Source: Vulcanimicrobiota bacterium
GTDB lineage: Bacteria > Vulcanimicrobiota > Xenobia > Xenobiales > JADMJV01
Reading direction: 5' to 3'
NCBI GenBank assembly: GCA_050250895.1
Contig: JBFWNU010000001.1
Location: 192,001-256,000, forward strand
Length of the DNA stretch: 64,000 bases
Made by a program: the position numbers and the translations under genes. The notes beneath the pieces are model-generated. The model saw only the letters and a list, made by a program, of their open reading frames with translations. It was not told where the DNA came from and searched no databases. This document shows positions 53,476 through 62,915 of the stretch, piece by piece (position 1 is the first letter of the stretch; each line of letters begins with the position of its first letter).

Positions 53476-56100
53476 TTAGCCCCACAGTTGCCACCACTTT
53501 TTCTTGGTTGCGGTCGGCTCGGGCAAATCGGGTTCGGGTTCGGGGCAGGTGGCTTCGGGGTAGTTGGCCAGGGCTTCATCCAGCGAGCGTTCATCGCTGA
53601 CCACGTAGGCGATCGGACAACCCGTAAGTTCTTCGAGATAGGCGCGCTCATAGGGGGTGCCGGGACGCTGGCAGGCCACCACCAGACTCTCCCCCGCGAG
53701 AGCAACCGGCATGACTCGGTATTCGCGGGCTCGCTCCGGGCTCAAGCGAGCTGCGGCGGCCGGGTCGCAGGGGGTCTCGTCAAAGAAGAAAGGGAGCAGC
53801 CCGAACTGCTGGGCCAGGGCCCGGGTGCGCTCCCGGGGAGAGAGTTCTGGCAGCCCCTGCGGCACGGGCTCCGGTTCGGGTGCTGGCGGTTCCACCGACA
53901 CTTCGGGGGCAGCCTCTTCGACCCGGTCGACAACCTCGAACACCTCGATATTGTCGCGATTGGTGCCCACGGCTCGATAGCTGACCACCTCGTGGGTGCC
54001 ATCGGCCGTCTGCTTGCTGACCCTCACCCGACCCACCGGACATTCCTTCTCGAGGTGTCCGGCCACATCCACCGTCGAACTCGTGAATTCTCCGAGAGAG
54101 CGGCGCGGATCGTAGTAGACCTCTCCAGTGTGCACGCCCACCCGGGCCAGCAAGGGTCCGTCCATACCGGGATAGCGAGTCTCGCTCAGTTCACGCTGGA
54201 TCTCGACCGCCGCCAGCACCGCCTGGTCGGGCCGCCTGAAGATGCATACGACTCCGTCGCCTGACCAGCCGAACCGCTCGCAGTCATAGCGCTCGACCAC
54301 GCGATTGACCAGGGTGCGAAAATCACGAAAGGCGCTATCCACCAGCAGCGGACGATCGGGGCGCTTGAGTCGCGACGAACCGGCCATATCCAGAGCCAGG
54401 ATCGAGAACTCGCGCTTGAAGCAGGTGTCGATGGCTCGGTTGAGGGTGGTGCTAGTGGCTACCGCCTCATCCAGACTCACCTTGCCCGCCTCGAGTTCCT
54501 CGAGATAGACCTGCATCGAGCCCGAAACGACCCCTTCCATACCGGCCAGCAAACATTCGCGCATCTCGCCGGCCGAGGCGAAACGCTCTTCGGGGTTGGC
54601 CGATAGCGAGCGCAACAAGGGGCTCACCAGTCCCTGAGGAATGGCCTTGAGGCGGGCTTTGAGCACGGCTGGATCAGCACTTTCGGGCGGCGACCCTAGC
54701 AGCAGTTCATACAGCACCAGGCCGGCCGCGTGCAGGTCGGCTCGCCCGTCGGCCGGCTGACCTGCAGCGGCCTCGGGCGACTGGTAGTCGGCCGACACGT
54801 AGAGCGAGCCGCGCGGGTAGGCAAGCAATGGCTGGCGTGTTTGGGGCCGGGCTGGCAAAAGGTCCAGACACGCCCTCAGCCGGCTCGCCACCTCAGTGCT
54901 GGTGGGCCGCAAGGCGGGCTTCTTGCGCAGCATGTCATCGAGCAAAGAGTCGAGTTCTCCCGGCAGCTCGGGGCGCAACTCGGCCAACCGGGGCGGGGGC
55001 TCGTTGATATGAGCGTGGAGTAGCTCGAACTGCCCTTTGCCGGTAAAGGGCAAACGCTCGGTCAGGGCCTCGAAGAGACAAATCCCGAACGAGTAAACAT
55101 CAGCCGCCGGGGTCACCTGACTGCTCAAGATCTGTTCGGGGGCCAGATAGGCGTACGAGCCGAGGATCTTCCCTGCTTCGGTCAAACGAGTCTGGCTGTC
55201 CAGGGGGCGAACGGTGCCCAGACGGGCTACTTTGGGACTGCCGTCCACCCCGGCCATGACGCTTTGAGGACAAAGATCCCGATGGACGATGCCGCGACTG
55301 TGCAGATGCTCGAGCCCATCGGCAATCCCGCAGAAGACCTCCAAAATGGTGGCCGGGTCTTTGCCGGCGGTCATGGTCTTGAGATCGGTGCGATCGAGAA
55401 ACTCCGAGACCAGATAGGGACGGTCGTCGTGGCGCCCGACTTCCAGGAAGCTGACCACATTAGGATGAGAAAGAGCCGCCATCACGCGGGATTCTCGCTC
55501 GAAGCGAGCCGAGTCACCCGATTCTTTGAGCAGCTTGACCGTCACCTCGCAGCCGTTGAGCCGGTCGAAAGCCTGATAGATGTCGCAACCGGCGTCTCCG
55601 CCCAGGTCGGCCAGCACCTCGAAGCGAGAAGGAAGCACGCCGTTCTGACCCGGTTCTCCGGGCTGCGGACGGGCCACGCCACTTAGCCCAAAGTCGCTCA
55701 GGGCCACCCGATCGTTGGCGCCCAGCAAGACGTTGCCGGGATGCAAACGACCATGCACTATCCCTTCCGAGTGGGCGTAGTCAAGACCGGCCAACACCTG
55801 CTCGATCAACCTCAGGGCTCGCTCGGGCGCGACCGGCTTGGCCAGCGCCCTCAGGTTGGAGCTGAGTCGCTCACACACCAGGTAGGGGTGGAGCCGTTCG
55901 CCGGCGTCATAGATGGTGACGATATTGGTATGGCGCAGTCCGGCCTGACGGCGTAGGGCCTCGAGCAGTTCGGCTGACTTCTGGCTGAAGACCTTGACCA
56001 CCCGAGGCTCTTCCAGCAACTCGTGACGAGCCGAGTAGACCAGCCCCATGGGACCGCTGCCGATGAGTTGACCCAACTGGCAGTTGCCAAAACTATCCAT
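53476..56100 (-). CDS. Nested double protein kinase, class III nucleotide cyclase and MshEN-like domain protein
   Basis: Two Hanks kinase motif sets; LDMAGSS, GDG and RVGVHTGEV; C-terminal T2SSE_N-like domain; KKKWWQLWG tail. Confidence 0.88.
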   Translation of the reverse strand: MDSFGNCQLGQLIGSGPMGLVYSARHELLEEPRVVKVFSQKSAELLEALRRQAGLRHTNIVTIYDAGERLHPYLVCERLSSNLRALAKPVAPERALRLIEQVLAGLDYAHSEGIVHGRLHPGNVLLGANDRVALSDFGLSGVARPQPGEPGQNGVLPSRFEVLADLGGDAGCDIYQAFDRLNGCEVTVKLLKESGDSARFERESRVMAALSHPNVVSFLEVGRHDDRPYLVSEFLDRTDLKTMTAGKDPATILEVFCGIADGLEHLHSRGIVHRDLCPQSVMAGVDGSPKVARLGTVRPLDSQTRLTEAGKILGSYAYLAPEQILSSQVTPAADVYSFGICLFEALTERLPFTGKGQFELLHAHINEPPPRLAELRPELPGELDSLLDDMLRKKPALRPTSTEVASRLRACLDLLPARPQTRQPLLAYPRGSLYVSADYQSPEAAAGQPADGRADLHAAGLVLYELLLGSPPESADPAVLKARLKAIPQGLVSPLLRSLSANPEERFASAGEMRECLLAGMEGVVSGSMQVYLEELEAGKVSLDEAVATSTTLNRAIDTCFKREFSILALDMAGSSRLKRPDRPLLVDSAFRDFRTLVNRVVERYDCERFGWSGDGVVCIFRRPDQAVLAAVEIQRELSETRYPGMDGPLLARVGVHTGEVYYDPRRSLGEFTSSTVDVAGHLEKECPVGRVRVSKQTADGTHEVVSYRAVGTNRDNIEVFEVVDRVEEAAPEVSVEPPAPEPEPVPQGLPELSPRERTRALAQQFGLLPFFFDETPCDPAAAARLSPERAREYRVMPVALAGESLVVACQRPGTPYERAYLEELTGCPIAYVVSDERSLDEALANYPEATCPEPEPDLPEPTATKKKWWQLWG

Positions 56101-56183
56101 GGCTGTCCATTCTGCAAGTTCAGTTCATTTCCGCCTGCTTCGAGAGCAGCCGGGATGGGTATGAACCGAGTCGGAGGGTTGTT

Positions 56184-57650
56184 ATGAAAGTTTTGGAACG
56201 TGCTCAGCTTTTTCTTGATGGTAAGTGGGTAGACCCCAGCCAGAACAAGCGCTTCGAGGTGATCGACCCGGCCACCGAAGAGGTTATCACCCAGGTGGCG
56301 GCGGCCGGCCCGGCTGATGTCGACAAGGCCGTCGCAGCGGCCTGCCAGGCTCAAAAGAGCTGGGGACGCACCAGCGGGACCGAGCGGGCCGCAATTTTGC
56401 GGCGCATCGCGGCCGGCATTCGCGAACGCCAGGACGAACTGGCTCGCCTGGAAGTGCGCGACAACGGCAAGCCGTTGCCCGAGGCCGAGTGGGACATCGG
56501 GGACGCGGCCGGTTGCTTTGACTTCTATGCCAACCTGGCCGAAGAACTCGACGGACGCCAGGGCCAGGTGATCAAGGTTCCCGACGAGCGCTTCACCACC
56601 AAGATTTTCCACGAGCCGGTGGGCGCAGCCGGCCTGATCATCCCCTGGAACTATCCCCTGCTGATGGCCGCCTGGAAGGTGGCCCCCGCGCTGGCCGCTG
56701 GCTGCGCCTGTGTGCTCAAGCCGTCGGAGCTGACGCCCCTGACGGCTCTCGAGCTGGCCGAGATCACCTCCCAGGCCGGTCTGCCGGCCGGGGTTTTCAA
56801 TCTGGTGACGGGCTTTGGCCCCGAAGCCGGGGCGCCTTTGGCTAACCATCCCAAGCTGCGCAAGCTGGCCTTCACCGGCAGCGTGCCCACCGGACGCGGC
56901 GTGATGGCCGCCTCGGCTCAGCATATCAAGAACGTCAGCCTCGAACTGGGCGGCAAGTCGCCACTGGTGGTCTTTGAGGATGTCGACATCGAGGCCGCCG
57001 TCGAGTGGACCATGTTCGGCATCTTCTGGAACCAGGGCCAGGTCTGCAGCGCCACCTCGCGGCTCCTGGTCCACGAACGGATCGCCGAAGAACTGCTGCA
57101 CCGCCTGGGTCAAGAGGCCTCGCGGATCGAGATGGGCAACGGTTTGGCGCCCGGAACCAAGCTGGGACCGCTGGTCAGCGCTCCCCAGCGCGACAAGGTC
57201 GAGAAGTTCGTGGCCGAGGCCGGGGGGCGCAAAGTCTGCGGCGGCGGACGTCGCTTCGATAAAGGCTATTTCTACGAGCCCACCATCCTGACCGACCTGA
57301 CCGACGATTCCCCCGCCTGGCGCGAGGAGATCTTCGGCCCGGTGCTGGCGGTTTCGACCTTCAAGACCGAGGAGGAGGCGATCGAGCGAGCTAACGACTC
57401 GGAGTTTGGTCTGGCGGCGGCCGTGATGTCGGCCGACCTCGAACGGGCTCAGCGGGTGGCCCGGGCCTTCGAGGCCGGCATCGTATGGATCAACTGCTCG
57501 CAACCCACCTTCACCGAGGCTCCCTGGGGGGGCATGAAAGAGTCGGGCATCGGACGCGAACTGGGCCAATGGGGTCTGGCCAACTACCTCGAGGTCAAAC
57601 AGGTCACCAGCTATGACTCCCAAGAGCCGTGGGGTTGGTACCTGGGCTAG
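56184..57650 (+). CDS. Betaine/aminoaldehyde dehydrogenase family protein
   Basis: PWNYP, LELGGKSP, GIFWNQGQVCSATSR, EEIFGP and C-terminal PWGWY. Confidence 0.95.
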   Translation: MKVLERAQLFLDGKWVDPSQNKRFEVIDPATEEVITQVAAAGPADVDKAVAAACQAQKSWGRTSGTERAAILRRIAAGIRERQDELARLEVRDNGKPLPEAEWDIGDAAGCFDFYANLAEELDGRQGQVIKVPDERFTTKIFHEPVGAAGLIIPWNYPLLMAAWKVAPALAAGCACVLKPSELTPLTALELAEITSQAGLPAGVFNLVTGFGPEAGAPLANHPKLRKLAFTGSVPTGRGVMAASAQHIKNVSLELGGKSPLVVFEDVDIEAAVEWTMFGIFWNQGQVCSATSRLLVHERIAEELLHRLGQEASRIEMGNGLAPGTKLGPLVSAPQRDKVEKFVAEAGGRKVCGGGRRFDKGYFYEPTILTDLTDDSPAWREEIFGPVLAVSTFKTEEEAIERANDSEFGLAAAVMSADLERAQRVARAFEAGIVWINCSQPTFTEAPWGGMKESGIGRELGQWGLANYLEVKQVTSYDSQEPWGWYLG

Positions 57651-57670
57651 GCAAAACACCCGCCCAGGGG

Positions 57671-57790
57671 CTCACGATCCGAGTTCTGGGGGGCTTTTCG
57701 CTCTCGCTAGACGGTCAGGCCCTCAACAGCCTGCGTCCGGGGAGGGCTCAATCTCTATTGGTGTATCTGCTGTTACATCGCCAGGCGCCC
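57671..57790 (+). pseudogene. Remnant of a SARP/BTAD transcriptional activator N-terminal winged helix
   Basis: LTIRVLGGFSLSLDG..RAQSLLVYLLLHRQAP; no start codon; similarity stops after about 40 codons. Confidence 0.6.
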
Positions 57791-57838
57791 GCTAGCCCGC
57801 TAAAACCCGGGGTCGCCGCTCCGCCGGGGCGGCGACCT

Positions 57839-58933
57839 TTACAGGTTCTGCGGGCAAAAGCCCACGGCGGCCAACACCCCAAAGGCCAACGTCAAGAGCA
57901 CCATCTCGCGGGGCAGAAGGTCGCAACCCGGTCCCCGCGGCAAGGGACCAGAGAAAAGGTGAAATACCGCCCTGGCCAGGGTCACGGCGTTGAGGGCGCT
58001 GGCCCCCAGCAAAGCCAGCGCGAAGCCGGCCTGGTGGTGGACCAGCGGTTGGACCAGCAGGTCCTCGGCTACATAACCAAGAGTGCCGGGCAGCCCGACT
58101 GCCACCAACCCGGAAAAGAGAAACGCGGTCGACAGCCGGGGCATGGCTTCGAAACTGGCCGCAAAACGATCCAAGCGGGGGTCTTCGCCGTAACGCACCT
58201 CGACCAGTTCGGCACAAAGCGCCCAGCTCACCGTCGCCACAGCCAGCAGCACCACCAGCGTGCCGACGGCCCCGGGCGCCCAACCGACGGCCATCGCCAA
58301 CATCCCGACCTGGGAAAGGACAAGGCAGGCCACGGTCCGGCGCAGTCGGCTCTGCGCGCTGGCCAGGACAGCCCCCGACAGCATGGTCAAGGCTCCCAGG
58401 GGGCCCATCCAGCCCACGGCGTCGTGGACCACCACCAGGCCCGCGCCGAGAAAAGCCACGGCCACCGGGGTAGGCCCTCGTTCGAAGCTGTTTAACAGCC
58501 AGCTGTGCAAAGGCACGAGGCCGAGTCGCACTGCCAAACCCACAGCCACCAGCTCCGGTTGCTCGCAGGCCAGTCCCGCCCCCACGCTCAGGCTGCTCAA
58601 AAGCCCGGCCAGAGCGAGCCCCCGCGAAGGCGAGAAGCGATACATCAACAGCCAGCCGAGCGCACCGGCCGCCAGGGGCTGACCGGCCGCTCCCAGCCAG
58701 CCGGTGGCCAGCAGCAACTGGGTGTAAACCAGGCTGCGGGTCGTAGTCCGCGGCTGACTGGCCAGCCCCACCGCTAACAGGCCCACCAGCCCCAGCCACC
58801 AGCTCGCTGTGAACAAGCCCGCCACCAGGGCCAGGGCCGCCCCCACCATTCCCCGACGCCGCGCACTCGGGATCCCGCGCCCATGGCCAAGGCCCGCGCT
58901 CAGACAGAGAGTCAGCATGCTCAGCCAAGCCAT
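57839..58933 (-). CDS. Proton-conducting membrane subunit (NuoM/N-like), third gene of the DAB operon
   Basis: RLGLVPLHSWL and GLPGTLGYVAEDLL motifs; overlaps the dabB stop. Confidence 0.85.
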   Translation of the reverse strand: MAWLSMLTLCLSAGLGHGRGIPSARRRGMVGAALALVAGLFTASWWLGLVGLLAVGLASQPRTTTRSLVYTQLLLATGWLGAAGQPLAAGALGWLLMYRFSPSRGLALAGLLSSLSVGAGLACEQPELVAVGLAVRLGLVPLHSWLLNSFERGPTPVAVAFLGAGLVVVHDAVGWMGPLGALTMLSGAVLASAQSRLRRTVACLVLSQVGMLAMAVGWAPGAVGTLVVLLAVATVSWALCAELVEVRYGEDPRLDRFAASFEAMPRLSTAFLFSGLVAVGLPGTLGYVAEDLLVQPLVHHQAGFALALLGASALNAVTLARAVFHLFSGPLPRGPGCDLLPREMVLLTLAFGVLAAVGFCPQNL

Positions 58934-60141
58934 CGCGAAAACCGCCTTTCCAGCCCGTCGAGTCCCCGAGCCAGACGGAGCCAGGCCGCCACGGCCGCCT
59001 CGAGCGCCTCGTCGACATAGAACCGGGCCAGGGCCAGAGCGTAGAGTCGGGATTGCAGCGTCGGCGGGAAAATCCGCTCGAGATGGGCGCCCATGCGAGG
59101 CAACTCGCCCAGGGCTTGTTCGAGTTCGTGATAGTCGTGAAGCAAACTGGGCGAGCGCAGAATCTCGAGAGTGCGCACCAACCCGTGGCCCAGCATATGC
59201 AGCAGGGCCAGATGCTCGAAGCCCAGCCCGAGCTCGACGAAGATCAAGCCCGACTGGGTCATGGAGGCATAGGCCAGAGCGTTCTTCACGTCGGGCTGGA
59301 CCCTTCCCACGACGGTGGCATAGACAGCGGTGACGCTGCCCGTCAAGACCAGAGCCAGGCTGGTCGGCCACGAGGAAGCTATCAGCGGGGCTACGCGCAG
59401 CAGCAGCAGGGGTCCGAGATGAATCGAGATGGCTCCGTAAAAGATAGCGCTCGACGGGGTCGGCCCTTCCATGGCGCGGGGCAACCAGCCCCCCACGGGA
59501 AACTGGGCCGACTTGCCCATCGCCGCCAGCACCAGCAACAGTCCAATCAGGTGACGATCGAAGGCTTGCCCGGGCAGGGCGAGTCCCATCAGGCGGGTGG
59601 TGCCGGTGGTGTGATGCAGCCACAACAGCCCGGCCAACAGGCCCAGATCACAAACGCGATAGGTGACGAAGGCGCGCAGACCGTGACGGGCGGGACCGGG
59701 ACGGTGAGCAAAGAAGCCAATCAAGAGGGCCGACGTCAGGCCGACCAGTTCCCAGCCGACCACGAACAGGTCCAGATTGGCCGCCAGGGCCACCGTGATG
59801 ACTCCCGCGCCAAACAGGCTCAGCAGCAGGTAAAAGCGCAAAAAACCCGGTTCACGGTGAAGATAGCGGGCCGAAAACAAACCCACCAGACCCACCATGC
59901 AGGCGGTGAAGGTGGCAAAGGCCAGACCCACCGCATCAAACTGCAGAGCCAGCTCGAAATTGGCGTACCACAGGCCAAGCTCGAGGACGGCCGGACCGCC
60001 CATCAGGCAGGCCAGACTGGCGGCCGTGAAGGCGAGCGCCACGAGCAGACTGATCCTGCCTTCGCCAGGCTTGCCCCCGAACCACCAACAGGCCATCAGG
60101 ACCAGAAAGGCCAACACCGGACCGAGAACGACCAGGCTCAT
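58921..60141 (-). CDS. dabB: DAB inorganic carbon pump membrane subunit (NuoL-like)
   Basis: WELVGLTS, KSAQFP..WLPRAMEGPTPSSA and DVKNALAYAS motifs; ATGA overlap with dabA. Confidence 0.9.
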   Translation of the reverse strand: MSLVVLGPVLAFLVLMACWWFGGKPGEGRISLLVALAFTAASLACLMGGPAVLELGLWYANFELALQFDAVGLAFATFTACMVGLVGLFSARYLHREPGFLRFYLLLSLFGAGVITVALAANLDLFVVGWELVGLTSALLIGFFAHRPGPARHGLRAFVTYRVCDLGLLAGLLWLHHTTGTTRLMGLALPGQAFDRHLIGLLLVLAAMGKSAQFPVGGWLPRAMEGPTPSSAIFYGAISIHLGPLLLLRVAPLIASSWPTSLALVLTGSVTAVYATVVGRVQPDVKNALAYASMTQSGLIFVELGLGFEHLALLHMLGHGLVRTLEILRSPSLLHDYHELEQALGELPRMGAHLERIFPPTLQSRLYALALARFYVDEALEAAVAAWLRLARGLDGLERRFSRWLG

Positions 60142-62780
60142 CGTGACAGGCTGGCCGGAGCCAGCGGACCTCGCTGGCCGCGAAAGTAGGCTACCGAGTC
60201 CGTGGCCTGGCTCACCCTCGGCCGGGGCTCGTAGCCGCGGACGCCGACCGCGGTGTGTTTGACCATCTGGCCGCTGTCCGGATTCCAACTGGTCAGCCAG
60301 AGCCAGCCGTTGTCGACCAGTCGGGCCAGAGCGGGCAGCCGCTCGAGCAGACGTTCCAACAGGTCGGCCGGGGCCTCGATCACCAACAGCAGGCGGACCG
60401 GCTCATGGATCTCGACCATCTGCCAGGGCAGACCGGTGCGCAAATCCGACGAGTGCCCATCCATCACCCCCAGTAATCCTACGATGTTATGGGGAAGCTT
60501 GGTTCCGCACCCAAACCCGTTGGGGTCGACGTAGCTGAAGTAGTATTCGAGGTTGATACCGGCCCCCACCGGAGCTACCGACTGCAATAGCTTCTCTAAC
60601 TCGACCCCATCGGGGTCCTGATGATAGTCGTAGGAGACCAGGAAGGCTCGCCGGTCAAGAAACAATCCGCGAGTACTCTGTCGTCGCCCGATAATGCACA
60701 TCGAGTTGGTGGCATGACCATACTCGGGCCGGGGCTGGGCCAGGTCCACGGCCCGGGCCTGGACGTGGGCCAGGCAGCGGCCGGGGCTCCAGCCCACATC
60801 GGCCGCGTCGAAGCGTCGGCAGCGTTCCTGGGCGTCGAGTTGGCACGCCTGGCCGAAGGCCCGCTGCATCCCTTTCACCTTCTCGGCGAACGGTTCGGGA
60901 CACAGGTCCAGATCGTAGTAGGTCAAGGCATCGTCGCAAGTGTTATGATAGGCTCCCACGAACCAGGTCGAGGCCGGGAAGCCCAGCCGTCGACGCACCT
61001 CGGGATGGTTGGCCATCATAGCCAGAGCCCGGGCGTTCGGTCCCCCTCGACCTCCTCCGCAGGCTCCACAGTCGTGGGCGGCTTCGTGCGGGTTATTGAG
61101 ACTGCTCGAGCCGTGCCCGACCACCACGACCAGGGGGGCTAGTTCTCTTAGGCCCACGGCCTTGAACACGCTCTCGACCACCCCGGCCATCTCTTCGGGA
61201 GTATAGCCGGGCCACCAACCGTGCTCGCCAGGCTGCGCCCCGGGCTCGCGTTCGAACAACAGACGAGTGGCGGGACGGCGACCTTGCAAGCTCAGCTTGG
61301 TCTTCTCGAACAGCCGACTGAACATCACCCGCCCAACCAGTGGCAGGGCCGCCCCCACTCCCACCAGAGACGAGAGAAGGCCGCCTCGCAGCAGGCTGTT
61401 GCGACTGGCCCGCCAGACCTGCTTGAAACTGCCCCAGTGGCGGCGCCGGTCGGGCTCCAGGGCCACCTCGCGCACCAGGTGGGTGGGCTCGACACTCACC
61501 GGACACAGCGGCAAAGGGTGGTGGTCCTCCAGACCCTGATAAGCCATCGCCAGGCCGAAAAAGCCGGGGTAGCCGAAGGTCTCGACCGCGCTGTTCTCTT
61601 CCAGATGGCGCCTTAGCGACTCGCAGCGCTCGTCGATGCAGAAGATAGCCTGAAACTCTGGAGCCTTGGCGGGCTTGGGAGTGTGACTGGCCAGGGCATC
61701 GAGGATGGTGCGGCGATAGCGACGCTCATAGGCCAGATGGAGCAGCCGCCGTCGCTCCAGTTCGCCGAAGGCTGCCACCTCATCGAGAAAGCCGCTCAAA
61801 TCCTGCAGTTGGGCCGGCCCGAGGCCGGCAGCTTGAGCCACCAACAGAGCTTCATAGGCCAGTAGCCGATCTGGTCGAGCCTCTTCTACGACCGGCTGGA
61901 GTGTATCCACCTCGAGCAGCAGCATGATGGCCAGAAAGTCCAACAAACGAACGGGCCCCACCGGACCGGGGGCCAGCTCGGGATGAAGCTCGAGACGGAA
62001 GATCATGCCGGCCCAGCCCCGCAAGCTCAACAAACGACCCTCGATGAAGGCCGACCAATCCTCGACTCCCAGCTTTTCGAGGCAGGCCAGCACGGCGTCT
62101 TCCGGGCACCCGTAGTGGCTTCCATAGAGGGCTCGAAAGGCAGCGAACAGGCCTTCTTCTCGGTTGGGCATGGGCCAATAGGCCAGCCCACAATCGAGAT
62201 AGGCAGCACAGAATCGAATCAAGATCGGATGGGCTAACTGATCGTTGGCTGGAGGAACGAGCCTGGCTGGGCGGCTGGGCAAGGCCTGGCACAGACGCTG
62301 CCAAAGGTCTCCCAAAGCCCGCTCCGGGGAACTTCCGGCCAAAAAGGCGACTCCGGCCTCGGGCTCGATCCAGTCGGCCAGACGGCTCAAACCCTGGCCT
62401 TCGGTGAGATGCCATTCAAGGGCACACCCGTCGGGCAAGCGCAAGGGCCACTGTAGACGCGCCAGGCGAAGCCGCCGACGACAGCCAAAGGCCGTCTCTT
62501 CCGGGGGACAGTCGAGCACCGCCTCGAGATCCTCCGGCAGAATGCGGCCCTGGGTGAGAGCCCGATGCATCTCTGCCAGGCCAGGGTAGCCCTGGGTGCC
62601 CAACTTGCGGGTCGCCTCGGCCACCGCCTGGTCGAAAGGCAGGTGCTCGAGATGGTGCAGAGGGTTGTGGTGGACGAAGCGGCGCAAAGGCGCCTGCTCG
62701 GGAAGCAGGTGAGTGGCCTGAGCAAGAGCAGCCTGAATTCTGGCCAGGTTGTCCTGGTCGCAGCGGCGACGTAAGTTCAT
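60138..62780 (-). CDS. dabA: DAB inorganic carbon pump soluble subunit (DUF2309)
   Basis: FVHHNPL; Zn ligands in FCIDER, GHGS and DCGAC; RPEYGH and HEPVRL motifs. Confidence 0.93.
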   Translation of the reverse strand: MNLRRRCDQDNLARIQAALAQATHLLPEQAPLRRFVHHNPLHHLEHLPFDQAVAEATRKLGTQGYPGLAEMHRALTQGRILPEDLEAVLDCPPEETAFGCRRRLRLARLQWPLRLPDGCALEWHLTEGQGLSRLADWIEPEAGVAFLAGSSPERALGDLWQRLCQALPSRPARLVPPANDQLAHPILIRFCAAYLDCGLAYWPMPNREEGLFAAFRALYGSHYGCPEDAVLACLEKLGVEDWSAFIEGRLLSLRGWAGMIFRLELHPELAPGPVGPVRLLDFLAIMLLLEVDTLQPVVEEARPDRLLAYEALLVAQAAGLGPAQLQDLSGFLDEVAAFGELERRRLLHLAYERRYRRTILDALASHTPKPAKAPEFQAIFCIDERCESLRRHLEENSAVETFGYPGFFGLAMAYQGLEDHHPLPLCPVSVEPTHLVREVALEPDRRRHWGSFKQVWRASRNSLLRGGLLSSLVGVGAALPLVGRVMFSRLFEKTKLSLQGRRPATRLLFEREPGAQPGEHGWWPGYTPEEMAGVVESVFKAVGLRELAPLVVVVGHGSSSLNNPHEAAHDCGACGGGRGGPNARALAMMANHPEVRRRLGFPASTWFVGAYHNTCDDALTYYDLDLCPEPFAEKVKGMQRAFGQACQLDAQERCRRFDAADVGWSPGRCLAHVQARAVDLAQPRPEYGHATNSMCIIGRRQSTRGLFLDRRAFLVSYDYHQDPDGVELEKLLQSVAPVGAGINLEYYFSYVDPNGFGCGTKLPHNIVGLLGVMDGHSSDLRTGLPWQMVEIHEPVRLLLVIEAPADLLERLLERLPALARLVDNGWLWLTSWNPDSGQMVKHTAVGVRGYEPRPRVSQATDSVAYFRGQRGPLAPASLSR

Positions 62781-62915
62781 TCGACCCCCCCGCCCTCGCG
62801 AAATGCAAAAACGGGCATCATTTCTCTTCCCAATTCCTGCCGAGCTATTCTGCCCTTCGAGCCGGACCTCCTCCAGGCAACCAGAGCGACTTTCGGACTA
62901 GCGGGCGGCGCGCAC

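Noticed and set aside
62800-62822. Sigma54 promoter upstream of dabA
   Set aside because: TTGC is present but the invariant GG at -24 is absent
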